Source: Paraphysomonas bandaiensis
Lineage: Eukaryota > Protista > Chrysophyceae
Direction: 5' to 3'
Length of the DNA: 64,000 nt
Assembly (NCBI GenBank): GCA_965644295.1
Contig: CBFFRP010000089.1
Span: 76,359-140,358 of the forward strand
A model generated the notes under the pieces. It was not told the DNA's origin, did not search any database, and was given only the letters and a program-made list of their open reading frames with translations. Position 1 is the stretch's first letter. The number at the start of each line of letters is the position of its first letter. Below, one piece after another: positions 35,288 to 48,800 of this stretch. A program made the translations under genes and the position numbers.

Positions 35288-36174
35288 AATATTTCGTATC
35301 TTGTAAGTGACTTAGACTGAATTCCTGACGTATAGTGTTGTCAGGACGATTCATAAATGCGCACTATCAAAATTGTTCATAGTTATTTTAATATTCTCAT
35401 CTATTGTACTTCTCCTTGGTAATCATGGCCATTTATATAGTGTTATACATATACATAAATTGGGGATAAAATAACAAGTTTGTTAAGTTTTTTAAAATTT
35501 GTCTATACCAAGTTTGAAAAGTTATTTAATAGCTATTGGTTTCTATCATCCAATTCCTTATTCCATAGATCATTGCTTTATGACAGACGACAGACACTGT
35601 GTTCCTTATAAGTCGTCTCTAACCTCAAATTAGCTCAATGGAATGTAAGTGCATGTGTTGTGTATGCATAGCAATCATCGGTGGACCTCAGAAAAAGTAC
35701 CTAATATGGCCCACCGATGACAGAGTCGTAGCAAAAGTGATGTTGAGAAATTACACCCGGGGGATTACATGAAGTAGAATAATGAAACTCCACTACAATC
35801 AGAGAAAATATATTACATTTATATTTAAGACGGTCATAGGGGACGATGCTCCTAATACCGAGGTATACAAGAATCAACAACGCCAAGTTAATTAATATCG
35901 ATGGTTTATTAATAATGCGAAGTTGATGGGCTGTCGTTGCGTGGTTTTGTATTATCTACCGGAAATATATAAGGCTATATTTTCCCGGAGGTGAAATGGG
36001 TGTTCTATCGAACTAACATATTTTCAAAAAAATACGGTGATAAAGGACTATTCCTGAAATTAAAAAGTTTCCGTGATAAAATTACTTAACATTTGATAAT
36101 TACTTCAATCGGAGATACCTATACATCCATTAAGCACTATGATATCCCATGCGAAGTATCGCGATGCAGACTGA

Positions 36175-37725
36175 TTAGATACGCTGCTGATATTCACCAG
36201 CCTTGGACATGTACCTCACCCATCTGCTTGTCTGGTACGAGCTCTTCTCGTACACCTTAAGGAATCGCACCTGCAAGAACAGTCAAATATGAAACTAACA
36301 ATTGAAAATCACCCACTTGAACCCCCGACACGGCCACCATTGGAATCTGGAAGTCAACACTGATTGGTGGGCGAGTCCACTGCTTCTCGCGGGTAGAGGG
36401 GACGAGATCCACATCGGCACTGAAAGTGGCCTCCGACTTGCCTGGCATACTCGAAATTCGCCAGACCAGAGCCCTCTCTCCGGGCTCATACCTGGCGCGA
36501 CCTCGGGAAACATTGATACGAGCAGAGGCTGTAGATGTCGGGACAGGAAATTTGATTACCATACTGGTTGCCTTGCGATCTTCCGCAAAGTCCGCATGCA
36601 ACTGTTAAAGCGTGACAAATATTACAAACTGACAAGATGAAGCATGATTAGGCCACCTTGAGATTAATCAACAGCTTAGTTTTCCCTTCTTCCTTAACAG
36701 TGGGAATCAGACGGAATGGTTGCTGTGCCTGGGTAACACGGTATCTCATTAGCTCGAACTCGCCGTCTGGGGGGATGAAAGTTATAGTGCGCTCAGAGTC
36801 GAATTTACCCAAGCGAACACACCTAGGCAACATTACCACATCCAGATGATACAGAGAAGAGGAAAGACTTACCTATGGAAGGTGCAATCATCGATCTCCA
36901 CAGCACTTATTTTCTTACCCGATCTGGTGATAGCTGTGGCTCCAGTTCCTTCCTTCTCCATGATAAGTTTATCATTTAGACCGAACTTACATTCGGGCAT
37001 TCCAGTAAGGAAGGCCTTCATCATGACCTTCCCGAATACTTCAGTGCGCAGGATAGCCCCAGTCGCTGAAGTGAGCAGACTGACTGTCTCATGAAGGTCA
37101 ATGTAGACCTCATTCTTGCGGTATCGAATTCCCTCTCGTCTCCAGTCAATGGCACCGGTGATTTGAGAGGTCAGGGCAGCGCCTTCTTTCGACACACCCT
37201 CCTGGATAACAGACCCCAGGTTGATATACAACCGCAAAACATCAATAGAACAGTTCTGTGGATAGCCATAGTCCATTGTTTCATCTAGCAACTCATATAT
37301 AAGAGTAAAGCTGCCTTGAACAGATTCATCGTTAAAATCTTCTCCCAAGTAACTTTTCATTATTCTAACTTTCTGGAGTAAATACTCCAGTATCATTGCT
37401 GCATTGGGGTTGCCGCGCGTTGCGGCGACAAGATATATATTACTGTGTCTAATATACATAAAAGTCACTCCGTCCATGTTGATAACTGGAGCATTCTGAC
37501 CGGTTGCCTTCGAAATAATGATCTGTTCGTATATGAGTTAATTCCAGGCCGCTGGAGGAAAACTATAATCACCTTATTTCTAAATGAATCGATGCTTGTC
37601 TTGGGAATGTCGGTCCTTCATTCAAACATCAGGGCATATAACACGATAGTTGTGAACCAATACCTGAAATGTCTAGATATAACAGGCTCTCCTTTCTGGT
37701 TAATCATAAACACAGCAGACGCCAT
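36175..37725 (-). CDS. AP2M1: AP-2 adaptor complex mu subunit (multi-exon)
   Basis: IYELLDETMDYGYPQ, WRREGIRYRKNEVYID, LTGMPECKFGLNDKL, DDCTFHRCVRL, FIPPDGEFELMRYR and WTRPPISVDFQIPM. Confidence 0.93.
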
Positions 37726-38675
37726 TGCAACACACCACACCAATCAAACTACTCAGTGATCAATAAAAGTGAGGCTGAAAGCAACACTACCAGTTGATTC
37801 CAGTGAAGCAAGTGATTACAATGCAACCTTCCCGAAAGGGTTTATGCCTGCCTGTGTTGATAATACATACACGCAGAGCACAGGAATACATGAATCCGTC
37901 TGCTCAGCTCATATTATCTTTTTTTTTACATGTGTTTCATTTTGTTCACGATTTTTTTTCTGGCGGATATAGGGATATATCCCGAATAGACAACACATGT
38001 TTTCAGTTTTCTATGTGGGTATTCATTATACAGCACAGTATATGCTCCATGCTATGAGGTCACTCGTACATACCATACGTACATGGACTGTGTAGGTATC
38101 AAAGCACGCACTATGATATCCATGTATAGCTACGAGTATATATCACTTGACGATATGGTGAGCTCTATTTGAAGGAATATATATCACGTGGTGTGAACTT
38201 CAACTTTATCTTTGTTTTTATTACTATCTAGAAGAGATGCAGAGACTGCAACTCCGGAGGAGTTAGTTCACATACCTCTGAGGGTCCTTCTACTATTAGG
38301 ATCTGAAAGGAGTGTGAATGCACACACACACTGTTGATATATGTAGCTCATCCCCTGCGATGAGTGGATATGTTACGCTGATCTTATCTGGTGTCAAGAA
38401 GAGCGGTCTCTAGTCCGTACCTCTCTCATCATGCAGATCTATCCAGACAAGTAGATCTACATGAAGGGATTCACTACACTGTGGTCGTATTGTGGTAATG
38501 TATCCAGCACTTGTCTCTCTATATATAATCTACAGGGCTGTTATGGTATATGTATTCACCCCCATGATCGTAGTCATGTGAAATGACCTGTGAAGTGACC
38601 AGGTCATACCTATGAATGTGTATAACAACAGTATATGATACATACATCTATACATACCACACATATCTATATAAG

Positions 38676-40713
38676 ATGTCCGACGATAGCGACTCCTGTA
38701 GGAGCCAAGAGGTATTCACCGCTATATTCCGCCATCACAGGCTTGAGGGAGTGGCGGAGAAGTTGCACAGGGTCGGTGTCCATAGTCTAGAGGGCGTTGA
38801 GGCTCTGCTAAGTGAATCCTCCTACTCTGAGGCTCTATCGCAGATCAAAGAGACCCTCTCTGAGGCTGAGTACAGACAGCTGTGTTTGTTGGCTCGATGG
38901 GGACGGGGCGGGACGTATGATGCGGCTGAAGTGATGGAAGGTAGGAAGAGCTGCAGACACAAACGACATCGTATTAGAATGACCCGACAGAAGATAGCAG
39001 GAATTAAAAGTACGAGCATCGTTGATTATTTCTTTGATTATATGTTGTGAAGGTGTGACAAGAAGTCTCCGCGAAGTAGCGTCACTTGACTTTTGCATTG
39101 TACTCGACTGTACCGGATCTATGGCGCCATACCTGGATGTTGTGAAGGATCATATCGAGAAAGTTTTGGAGGATCTGGAGTCAATTCATCCGGATGTAAA
39201 CCTTCGGCTTGCATTCATAGGTTACCGAGATCACGGTGATGGATGTAAAAACCAAGAGGTCTTCAAATTTTCAAGGGACGTTGCGCGGTTCCGGGAGGTG
39301 ATAGGAAGACAGAACGCGACAGGCGGAAATGATATGCCGGAAGACGTCATGGGTGCTCTCTATCAAGCAACACTGCTTCGATGGAAATCATCTACACGTG
39401 TACTGTGTCACATTTGTGACGCACCTTGCCATGGTACAGCATATCAGGAGCCCGGCGTAATTGATTTTTATCCGGATGGAGATCCCTATGGCCTCACCCC
39501 TGAAATCATTCTGCCCCGTTTGCTTAATATGGAAATAATTTATTTCTTTTTAAACCTCAGTCCTGTTACAAACAGAATGGTTGGAAAATTCAACGACATC
39601 ATGAGAGTGTACGTTGAGGGAGACATGGAGTACATCCGAAAGATATCAATATCTGATCCGAGTGTCATGATGACAACTGTAACTGAGGTTTTAGCCAGAA
39701 CAGTGAGTTCAGCATTGTCTACTTCGACTTCTGTATCTATAGATACCTCATCTTCCTTTTCCAGCTCCGCCCGATCATCGTTTAAGAGTATCAATGCCAC
39801 TCCAGTAAGCCCTGTGAATACTGACTTGTCTAAGTTAGAGGAGCACGTTGTACACGTCTATGAAATGGTTATACCGGAGTCCATCACTCAGATCACCACT
39901 GCTGCTGCAACCTCATCTTCAGGAAGAGATTTAAATGTTCTCTCAACGAGGTACATCACGCAGGCTGTGCGCATCTCACCGGATCCGTTCGCAGCCGGGG
40001 CGTTTAAGGAGGCATATATGGCGGAAGTGCGGCCTTGTTGCACATCGCACTACGTATCTCCTCCGGAATCTCCACCGTGTTGTAGTAAATCATCAATATC
40101 CTCGCCACTGCCTGTATCGCCCATTGAGAACGAATTTAACATATGCAATACTGAGCATGTTCTGAAGCGACTGAAATGCGGAGACAATTGCAGGGCAAGC
40201 TATGAGAGCGGCCTGTCAGCTCACCGTGTTGCCGTGTTTCTATCTCGGCTCTTCAACGACAGCAAACCTCCAACCTTTCCAGCAGTAGTCTATCATCCCG
40301 TGTCGCTGGTGTGCTTTACAAGTAAGGAGGGTGGTTTCTTTGCTACACTCGAGCAGCGGATAAGAGGCGACTTTGAGAAGTACAACACGAATTCAGGATG
40401 GGTGCCATATGGACCGACGGTCCGGGGAACTGATCATACTGTGGTACAAGCCTTCACCCACTGGACCTATGTTGTGACCTCTGGAGAGCTCTTAGTTGTA
40501 GACTGTCAAGGGGTGTTTAGTCAACAAGACAACAGTTTCTATCTAACAGATCCAGCCGTACATTGTGCGACCAGTCTTCTTCGATTTGGTGGGACTAACC
40601 TTGGACGGGAGGGTATCGCACGCTTCCTTCATACTCACAAGTGTACATCTTGCTGTGAGGCACTTGGACTGGACAAAATTTATCATATCTCTGTGGAAAG
40701 CGTGGGTGGATAA
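38676..40713 (+). CDS. vWA-domain alpha-kinase (VwkA-like architecture)
   Basis: MIDAS DCTGSM, YRDH and GGNDMPEDV. Alpha-kinase motifs KYNTNSG, QAFTHWTY, VVDCQG, LTDPAVH, GGTNLG and HKCTSCC. A 43-nt intron (39010-39052) joins the first exon in frame. Confidence 0.93.
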
Positions 40714-41202
40714 AATTATATTCACACTACAGTCTGTTTTTTATCGGTGTTGCTATTTCAATCGAGCAATTTACATAGTACATCTTGTAGTTCAATGATA
40801 CCCTCGTTGTGCCTTTGAATCATGTTATTAAACGAAGCCACGAGTATGAATTGTAATGATTAAGTGTCTCCTTTTTGGATAAGGATTTTTGTTAATTGCA
40901 CATAATGAACATGTGCCGTTAGGTGCGGATAGTAGAATAGGTTTTTGAATGTGTCCTCAAAATTTCATTTAATAAAGTGTTCAGGCAAGTATTTATCCCA
41001 TCTTACAGTATTGTGTAATATGTAAGCTACTAAAATTAGGAAGAAGACTACATCAGCAGTTTATTATTTCAAGTTCAGATCATCCGTTATTGAAGTACTC
41101 AATTCATTAACTAGAGGTATTGATATTTACACATTTACACCAATTAGCAGGGGCACGTTTCTCCTATATCGCAAGTGGCAAGTATACCAACATACCTGCT
41201 GT

Positions 41203-43994
41203 TATTAGAATATGGATCTTATTCTAGTATATTCAGTATGTCACTTGAAGACAATGTACAAGAATACAGCGAAATATAGTGATGTACAAATGCTGATGGT
41301 ACGTCCAACTGATGCACATGCATATATGAAACATAAACGCTATTGCTAGGACCAGTCGAATGGTTATCCTTTCACCACTGGAGCAAACGTGGACTGCTCC
41401 TCCTCCGTTTTCTCTTGTAGATTTCCTAATGCAACCAGCCACGCTTTATATTTAACTATATTCCCCAGAACATCTCTCTTCACCGCGTGCACGTACTTTG
41501 CTCGCACCAACTTCACTCCCCGTGGAGTCCGCACAATCTTTAAGACACGTCTCTTCAGCAGTGAAGTCTTCTCCACCTTCCGAGCTTGTCTCCATTTCTC
41601 GTACTGTGGAGATCTCTCTGCCTCGGCATACGAGTCCGGTATCTTGATATCCTCTGGACTCAATTCTGCATGTTTTAGTTTATTAGCAGTGTATGCATCA
41701 CGTACCTCTACCATATTTATTTTCCCCAATACCGATGCATTTGCCAACCTACGCTGCAGCCGTTTCCGCCGTACACGACCATCACCATCTAGTTTAATAG
41801 GTCGTCGAGGTATATACGAACCCACACCGCACGATGAGCACGCACATATTGGGCGAAATAAATATGGTAGAGGTACGTGATGCATACACTGCTAATAAAC
41901 TAAAACATGCAGAATTGAGTCCAGAGGATATCAAGATACCGGACTCGTATGCCGAGGCAGAGAGATCTCCACAGTACGAGAAATGGAGACAAGCTCGGAA
42001 GGTGGAGAAGACTTCACTGCTGAGGAGACGTGTCTTAAAGATTGTGCGGACTCCACGGGGAGTGAAGTTGGTGCGAGCAAAGTACGTGCACGCGGTGAAG
42101 AGAGATGTTCTGGGGAATATAGTTAAATATAAAGCGTGGCTGGTTGCATTAGGAAATCTACAAGAGAAAACGGAGGAGGAGCAGTCCACGTTTGCTCCAG
42201 TGGTGAAAGGATAACCATTCGACTGGTCCTAGCAATATAGCGTTTATGTTTCATATGCATGTGCATCAGTTGGACGTATCATCAGCGTTTTGTTCTGCCG
42301 AATCGGATCTAGAGGTGGATGTTTATATGGCACCTCCACGTGATGAGGAATTGCCAGCGGGGTGGTGCTTTCAATTGATCAAGGCATTATATGGATTGCG
42401 GTCTTCACCGCGGCAGTGGAATAAACATATTGACAAGTTTATCAAATCGTTACATTTTACTGCTTGAATTTTAGATACATGCTTATATATGAGATGGAGC
42501 AATGGGTAATTGCATTTATTATTGATATATATGTTGATGATATTATCATTGCATCTGCTGATCTCACCTACTTAGAAAGTGTTAAACGTAGGTTCTGCGA
42601 AACGTTGAGATGCACGATCTGGGTGTGTGCAAACGGTTTTTGAATATCAGAATCACGAGAGGTGAAGACTGGTACATGTTAGGTCAATCTGAATATGCCA
42701 AGAATATTGTCAAGAAATTCAGTTCGTTTATGGAAAAGAGCAGTAATAAGAACAAGGAGACTCCACTACCTACCAATGTTCAGGAATTGTTAGCAGAGGG
42801 CAACGTGAGCTGACAGAGGAGCAGAAGCAGTGGGTTGAATCATTTCCGTATAACCTATTAGAGGGGAATTATTGGAGCGGTGTTGCATTTTTGGCGATTC
42901 ATAGACTAGACCTGATCTGGCCTATGCTGTGGGGTTATTAGCTCGATTTAGTACTTGTCCAACATATGCAGCTTGCAGATTAGCTATTCATTTGTTGAAA
43001 TATTTACCTGGTACAGTTTTGATGAGGGCATCAGATTCAGTGGTAGTGAGTTTGATTTACATGTATTCAGTGATTCCGACTGGGCTGGTGATAGGATGAC
43101 TCGGCACAACGGGAAAATCGTGTTTTTATGTGCGGGCGCTTTGGTATGGCAGTCCAAGCTTCAGACCACAGTTGCGACTTCAAGCATGGAATCTGAGTAT
43201 ATGGCGGAGTATGCGGCTATATGCAAGAACTGGTGTGGCTTCGGGGGGTGTTCAAGAAGTTCGGACTCTTAGTAGCGAAGCCGACTCCATTCTTTATGGA
43301 TAGTAAGAGTGCAAAGGATCTTTCAGAGAATCCAGTGTATCATGAGAGGTCGAAGCATATTGCCATCAAGTATCACTGGATAAGAGAACATGTTAATGGA
43401 AAATTTCCTACAGCAAAGTTGATTCATGTATCTACGGATGATATGGCGGCCGATATTTTTACAAAGGCATTGCCGTCATGAGAAAACGATTACCGGGGTT
43501 AAGAGGGGTGTGTCAACCAGAGTGGAGGAGCAGCAGAAGAAACGACCCCGAAGAGGTTAAACGTGTGTTTTAGTGGTGGGTGAAAACCCCACATAACTGT
43601 ATATCGAGTTAACTGCTAGTTATATATATGTATTTTACCACTGGGACTAGATAGTCATAGCTAAAGATTATTGTGATCACTGTTGTTTTGTCTCACTGCA
43701 TTCTACATTGAGTGAGAGTATTAGAATATGGATCTTATTCTAGTATATTCAGTATAATGTCACTTGAAAACAATGTACGAGAATACAGTAAAATATTATA
43801 TAGTGATGTACCAATGCTTTGATGATATTGAGAAACTGAAATAGCTTGATCTTTCAAGATATGTTTAGTAACGAGAGGTTCGCATATGTAGGATATTATG
43901 CGTGGAACAAAATGAGTTTGTGTTGTTTATCAATCTATCTAGTCTTACGACAAATTCTCTCTGTGATCTAGTGAATAATGAGCAATTTTCAATA
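41203..43994 (+). mobile_element. rearranged, degenerate Ty1/Copia LTR retrotransposon
   Basis: RT motifs (KYKA.LVALG, HQLDV..AF, KALYGL, YVDD) and RNase H motifs (SDSDWAGD, RSKHIAIKYHWIRE, ADIFTKALP) with stops and frameshifts. PPT GAGTGAGAG at 43710-18; 3' LTR about 43719-43994; first ~95 nt of the LTR repeated at 41203; TSD GCTGT/ACTGT. Confidence 0.92.
41292..42286. repeat. long inverted repeat: arms 41292-41731 and 41847-42286, 115-bp spacer
   Basis: Near-identical peptides on opposite strands in the ORF track; only a handful of differences between the arms. Confidence 0.95.
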
Positions 43995-44590
43995 ACTGTG
44001 TTAGAAATTGACATAACTGAACAACTGAACAACACTTTCACTCTATGGTGACATTATAAATTAGAGGCATAAAGTAACATATAATAACCTTATAATCAAT
44101 ATCACTAATCATTCACTGTCAATCGCTAAACTCATCGTGTCTCGACTACCAATCATTTCCACACTATCTTAGATATCACGCCTTTATACGGTCTATATGT
44201 TTCAGTCTCACTGCTATGATTCATGACATTAGTTCTCATAATACTTACACTACAGGTAACAACTTCTGTATTCTTCCATTAACAGTCATAATTCAAATAT
44301 CTTCGAACTACAACTCAAATATCTTCAAATATCTTGCTCTCTAACAGCTAACAGCAAAACTCAACATACAACATACTGCAAAATAGAAAATAATATTCGT
44401 AGTATTTTTATAGTTCACAGTGCATTGAGAGATGTTAAAATGGTAGATATGTAATCTACAGTCCACGCATTATATCAACGTAATAGTTATAAGTTACAAG
44501 GAAATGAAGATTCGTAGAAATAGAAATACCTACTTTGGGACCAAGATGAAATATCAATACTAAATATATTTAATAAAAGCAACCATGATA

Positions 44591-45364
44591 CTATCGATTG
44601 TTTCCACTGCGGTCCGGATATACGCGTAACGATTTCACGAAAAAAGGTGTTTCTGGAATACGCTGTTCTACAGAGAAATTGTTTGGCTTCAGTATGCTAG
44701 GTTTCACTCGTTCTAAATTCCAAGGATGTTCATTGTGGTTATCATAGTCTTCATTATACCCGTCGTCTTGACTGATCCTCGCACGCCTCCGGCGCTCAGA
44801 ATAATACCGTCTGTAAACGTATCGTTCTTTTTTAGTTAGTCGATGCATTTCATGAATTCCAGACTCACGAACGTCCGCACTTACAGGTCTCTGCCTCGAC
44901 GCAGAAGAAACTAAAGTTCTAGTGTCTGTTTCCTGTGATCGTGTGAGACCAACGCGCAACACAAAATTACTCCCTGCGGCTAACCTACCGAAGAATTTTT
45001 CTTTAAGCACTCATCACAGATATTATTGCGTTGCGTCTCTTTCTTAGCTTGGGCATTATTAAACTTTTGCTTCGCATGGGCATCCCTTATTTCCTCTCTA
45101 ATAGCCTTTTCAAGACGATCTACATCATTCTGAGTAACATCGGTAACTTCATATGACAAGAAGACGCCAACGTGTTTCTTTATTAAATGCTCCCTCTTTC
45201 TGCGCAAAGTGTCAGCTACGCAATAATATAAGCACATGGAATCAGTCAGTGTCTTACTGGCCAAGTTTAAGAAGCAATCTCTGCACTAAAATGCTTCCAA
45301 TACGATTCGTTCTGATTCTAATATCCTCTTTTCGCCTTATCATTGCAGCTCGATGTTTACACAT
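44591..45364 (-). CDS. hypothetical protein (probably spliced; start uncertain)
   Basis: Three successive coding-like ORFs on the minus strand, divergent from the OTU gene; no domain recognised. Confidence 0.5.
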
Positions 45365-46088
45365 GCCCTGTACGAATGCATCAGACGCCACACGGCCCTG
45401 TTGAATGACCCTACCATAATACTCTTCGAGCCGACACTGACAGCCACTGGAGGGCGCATATGAGTCGATGTGCAGCCTGCCACTTGAATGGAAGGCATTG
45501 ATCGGGTAGAGTGCCAACAGCACCACCAGCAAGTGGGGATGTTTAGTTCGGATGGATGTTCCTATGCGAGTATCTAATCAGTGCAGTGAGATATGCGTAT
45601 GTGGAGATCCAGAATATATGCGTATACGTACAGCATACAGCAGCATATACGTACATACACAGGTACAGGTGCAGTTCACCATATGTTGGAACTATTCTGT
45701 AACCGCTGTAGCCCGTGCGTTTATACGCGTAACCCGTGCATATATCTATGTAACCCTTTGTACTGTATTTGACCAGCGGTCCACCATATGTACAAATACC
45801 GTATTACAACCGTATTCACTGTATTATCCATTTCATTCAACGGTATTATAAGTGCGACCATCCATACCATCACACTGTATTAGGTGTATACAGCGGTATA
45901 TACCGTACCTGAGGCGAGGCAGTTGTGCAGTACACTCACAGTGTTAAGATCATGAACACCCCCCCCCCTGGACACACATACATACATACATAACAATATC
46001 ATGTACAGGACTATACTCTCATTAAACTCAATATGAATCACATCCTCGATTAACCCCCTATAATACTGGTGTTTCGGGACTATCTGAT

Positions 46089-48058
46089 ATGAGTTCAGAC
46101 TTGTGTTTACCTGCCATAAACCACAGATCTCGCTCAGGTAGTGTGGATAGAGGTAATAAGACAGATAGAACCCGCATCCTTCCTCGCTGTCTCACTAAGA
46201 TAGATGGGGATGGTAAAGTCTTAGAGTTCAGAGGGTTTCCGTGCTCTCTTGAGTTTGATGTTGGGGGTAAATATGGTAATATTGTCGTGAGTTCACGCAC
46301 TCCGACTGTCTTAAAGGGCTGGAGAATAGTCGCTGTGAACGGAGGGTACACTCGTTATGGAAACACACTCGCTGCTATATCTGCTGCGCGAATGAAATCA
46401 AGGAAGTTTACTGTCACTTTTCGTTTTGGAGATGAGATATTGGAAGACCGCACAGCTGTGTCAGGTATGGATAACGCTGTGTGTATATTTAAGTTTACCA
46501 AATAATTTCTATCAATAAAGATAGAAAACAACTAGCAAAGTTTGATAATGAAAGAGTAGATATTGAAAGTGATCGAATGAATAGTGAGAGATTAGAGAGG
46601 GAAAGATTAGAAAGGGATAGGATTGAGAGAGAGAGGCTAGAGAAGGAAAGACTTGAGAGAGAGAAGTTAGAATGCGAAAGACTTGAGAGAGAGAAACTAG
46701 AGAAGGAGAGACTTGAGAGAGAGAGGCTAGAGAAGGAGAGACTTGAGAGAGAGAGGCTAGAGAAGGAGAGACTTGAGAGGGAGAAACTAGAGAAGGAGAG
46801 ACTTGAGAGAGAGAAGTTAGAATGCGAAAGACTTGAGAGAGAGAGGCTAAAGAAGGAGAGACTTGAGAGAGAGAAACTAGAGAAGGAGAGACTTGAGAGA
46901 GAGAGGCTAGAGAAGGAGAGACTTGAGAGAGAGAGGCTAGAGAAGGAGAGACTTGAGAGGGAGAAACTAGAGAAGGAGAGACTTGAGAGAGAGAAACTAG
47001 AGAAGGAGAGACTTGAGAGAGAGAAGTTAGAATGCGAAAGACTTGAGAGAGAGAGGCTAGAGAAGGAGAGACTTGAGAGAGAGAAACTAGAGAAGGAGAG
47101 ACTTGAGAGAGAGAAGTTAGAAAGGGAAAGACTTGAAAGAGAGAAGTTAGAAAGGGAAAGACTTGAGAGAGAGAAGTTAGAAAGGGAAAGACTTGAGAGA
47201 GAGAAGTTAGAAAGTGAAAGACTTGAAAGTGAGAATGCTACACGTGTTCGTGTGAAGGCTGTTCAAGAAGCCACTGGGCTTCCTGCAAGGTAACATAGTT
47301 TCGTTTGTTGTGTCTGATTTTGTGTGATACATGTCCATAGGTCCAGTGTTGGTGACCCAACTACAGTGCTGTTTGCAGCGATGAGTGGTATAATGAAGGC
47401 ATTTCCTGAAGGTACTGAGTTGTCAAAGGATGATAAAAATGCAGGCCCTTGCGATAAGTGCGATGGCCCTCACCACGAGTCCGCATGCCCTCACTTTCGA
47501 GGCAAACGCGAGAAACACAGGGACGCCACGGAAATGTATGAGAGGAAAAAGAAGGGTTCATGTGATTTTGAAGATTCCGAAGGTGGAGTGGCTTCCGGTG
47601 ATATGATTGTGCATAGGGCTAGAGTAGTATCACAGCCTGGTGATGGAAGCTGTCTCTTTCATAGCTTGTCGTATGGTTTAAATCGCGTGAGAAGGGGCCG
47701 TAGAGACGGGAAGGGGACTGAAACTGCGAGAACCTTACGTAGGGATCTTGAAAACTATATTAGCACACATTCAACGGAGTGTATTGGAGGCACGCCAATT
47801 GAGGATTGGATATTATGGGAATCCCAAACGAGTGTGGAGTCGTACACGAACCGCATGCGAGAAAGCAATGATTGGGGTGGAGCGATCGAGATTGCAGTAT
47901 GTGCACGTGTAATGGGTGTTACAGTGGACGTGTATGAGAGAATGGGGTCATCATTCAAACGAATATCACATTTTACCACTGACAACAAGGATGCGGCTGT
48001 AATTAATGTCTTATATTGTGGAAGGTGTCATTATGATGCACTTGAAACGCTTCGTTAA
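46089..48058 (+). CDS. OTU-family cysteine protease with ER/K repeat helix and CCHC zinc knuckle
   Basis: Exons 46089-46464, 46521-47289 and 47341-48058. OTU motifs PGDGSCLFHSL, WGGAIEI and HYDAL; knuckle CDKCDGPHHESAC; about 43 E[RK]LE[RK] pentads. Confidence 0.9.
46586..47230 (+). repeat. coding 15/30-bp minisatellite with higher-order duplication
   Basis: Alternating GAGAGACTTGAGAGA and GAGA(GG/AA)CTAGAGAAG units; 46681-46800 is identical to 46861-46980. Confidence 0.95.
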
Positions 48059-48271
48059 GATTAGAATCATGAGATGAGTGTAAATATTCATTATTACAAT
48101 AAAAATTCAATGTGTTTGAATTATGACCGTTAACAGTATAACTATGGATACTATAATAGTAATTACAGTAGTGAACATGAAATATTCTGACCTTGTAATA
48201 TCGCATGAAATGACATGAATTTGGTGAATGGCAACGAATGATATGAGAGATATTTCATATAACATATAATA

Positions 48272-48449
48272 TATTGAAAGTCTTATCATTAGCAATAGCA
48301 GTTAAGAATCAGCACCAGCTTTTAGTAGCTAGATAAAAACTAGTCAAGCTAGATATACGTCTACCTGTAACTAACTAGTACAAACGTACAAACTCTACTA
48401 TTTTACTATTTAACGCTACGGTAGCTGCTTGTACGTCGCCGCAAGCACC
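48272..48449 (-). mobile_element. 3' fragment of the retroposon family (copy G)
   Basis: Reverse complement: GGTGCTTGCGGCGACG..TAGCGTTAAATAGT..TATTGCTAATGATAAGACTTTCAATA. Confidence 0.8.
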
Positions 48450-48657
48450 TAGCTATATTATTGATGCATAATATACTAATAATTAATAATCGGTTGTGTG
48501 AAATAAATGTTGACATTGTTATGAGATAATATAAATGCGATCAGTAAGCACAACACTCTTATTAAAAGTGATAAGTCTATGAGCAACCATTCACTGCATC
48601 TTCTGCCATTTTCTATAATTCACATATTACTGCAGCACGTCTTAATGATAGTCCTAA

Positions 48658-48800
48658 TAGTGAGTGCCTGATTATTAGCAATAGGCGTGTAAGAGTCATA
48701 ATTAATGTATCGAAACAGCAAAACAATTTAACTATGAGTAGTACTTAACTCTGATATTCTACTATTTACCGCAAGCACCAAGGTGCAACCACTTTCGCTC
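48658..48800 (-). mobile_element. 3' fragment of the retroposon family (copy H)
   Basis: Reverse complement: GTGGTTGCACCTTGGTGCTTGCGG..ACGCCTATTGCTAATAATCAGGCACTCACTA. Confidence 0.8.

Noticed and set aside
46586-47230. Regular repeat array considered as CRISPR-like
   Set aside because: There are no unique spacers; it is an in-frame coding minisatellite in a eukaryotic gene.
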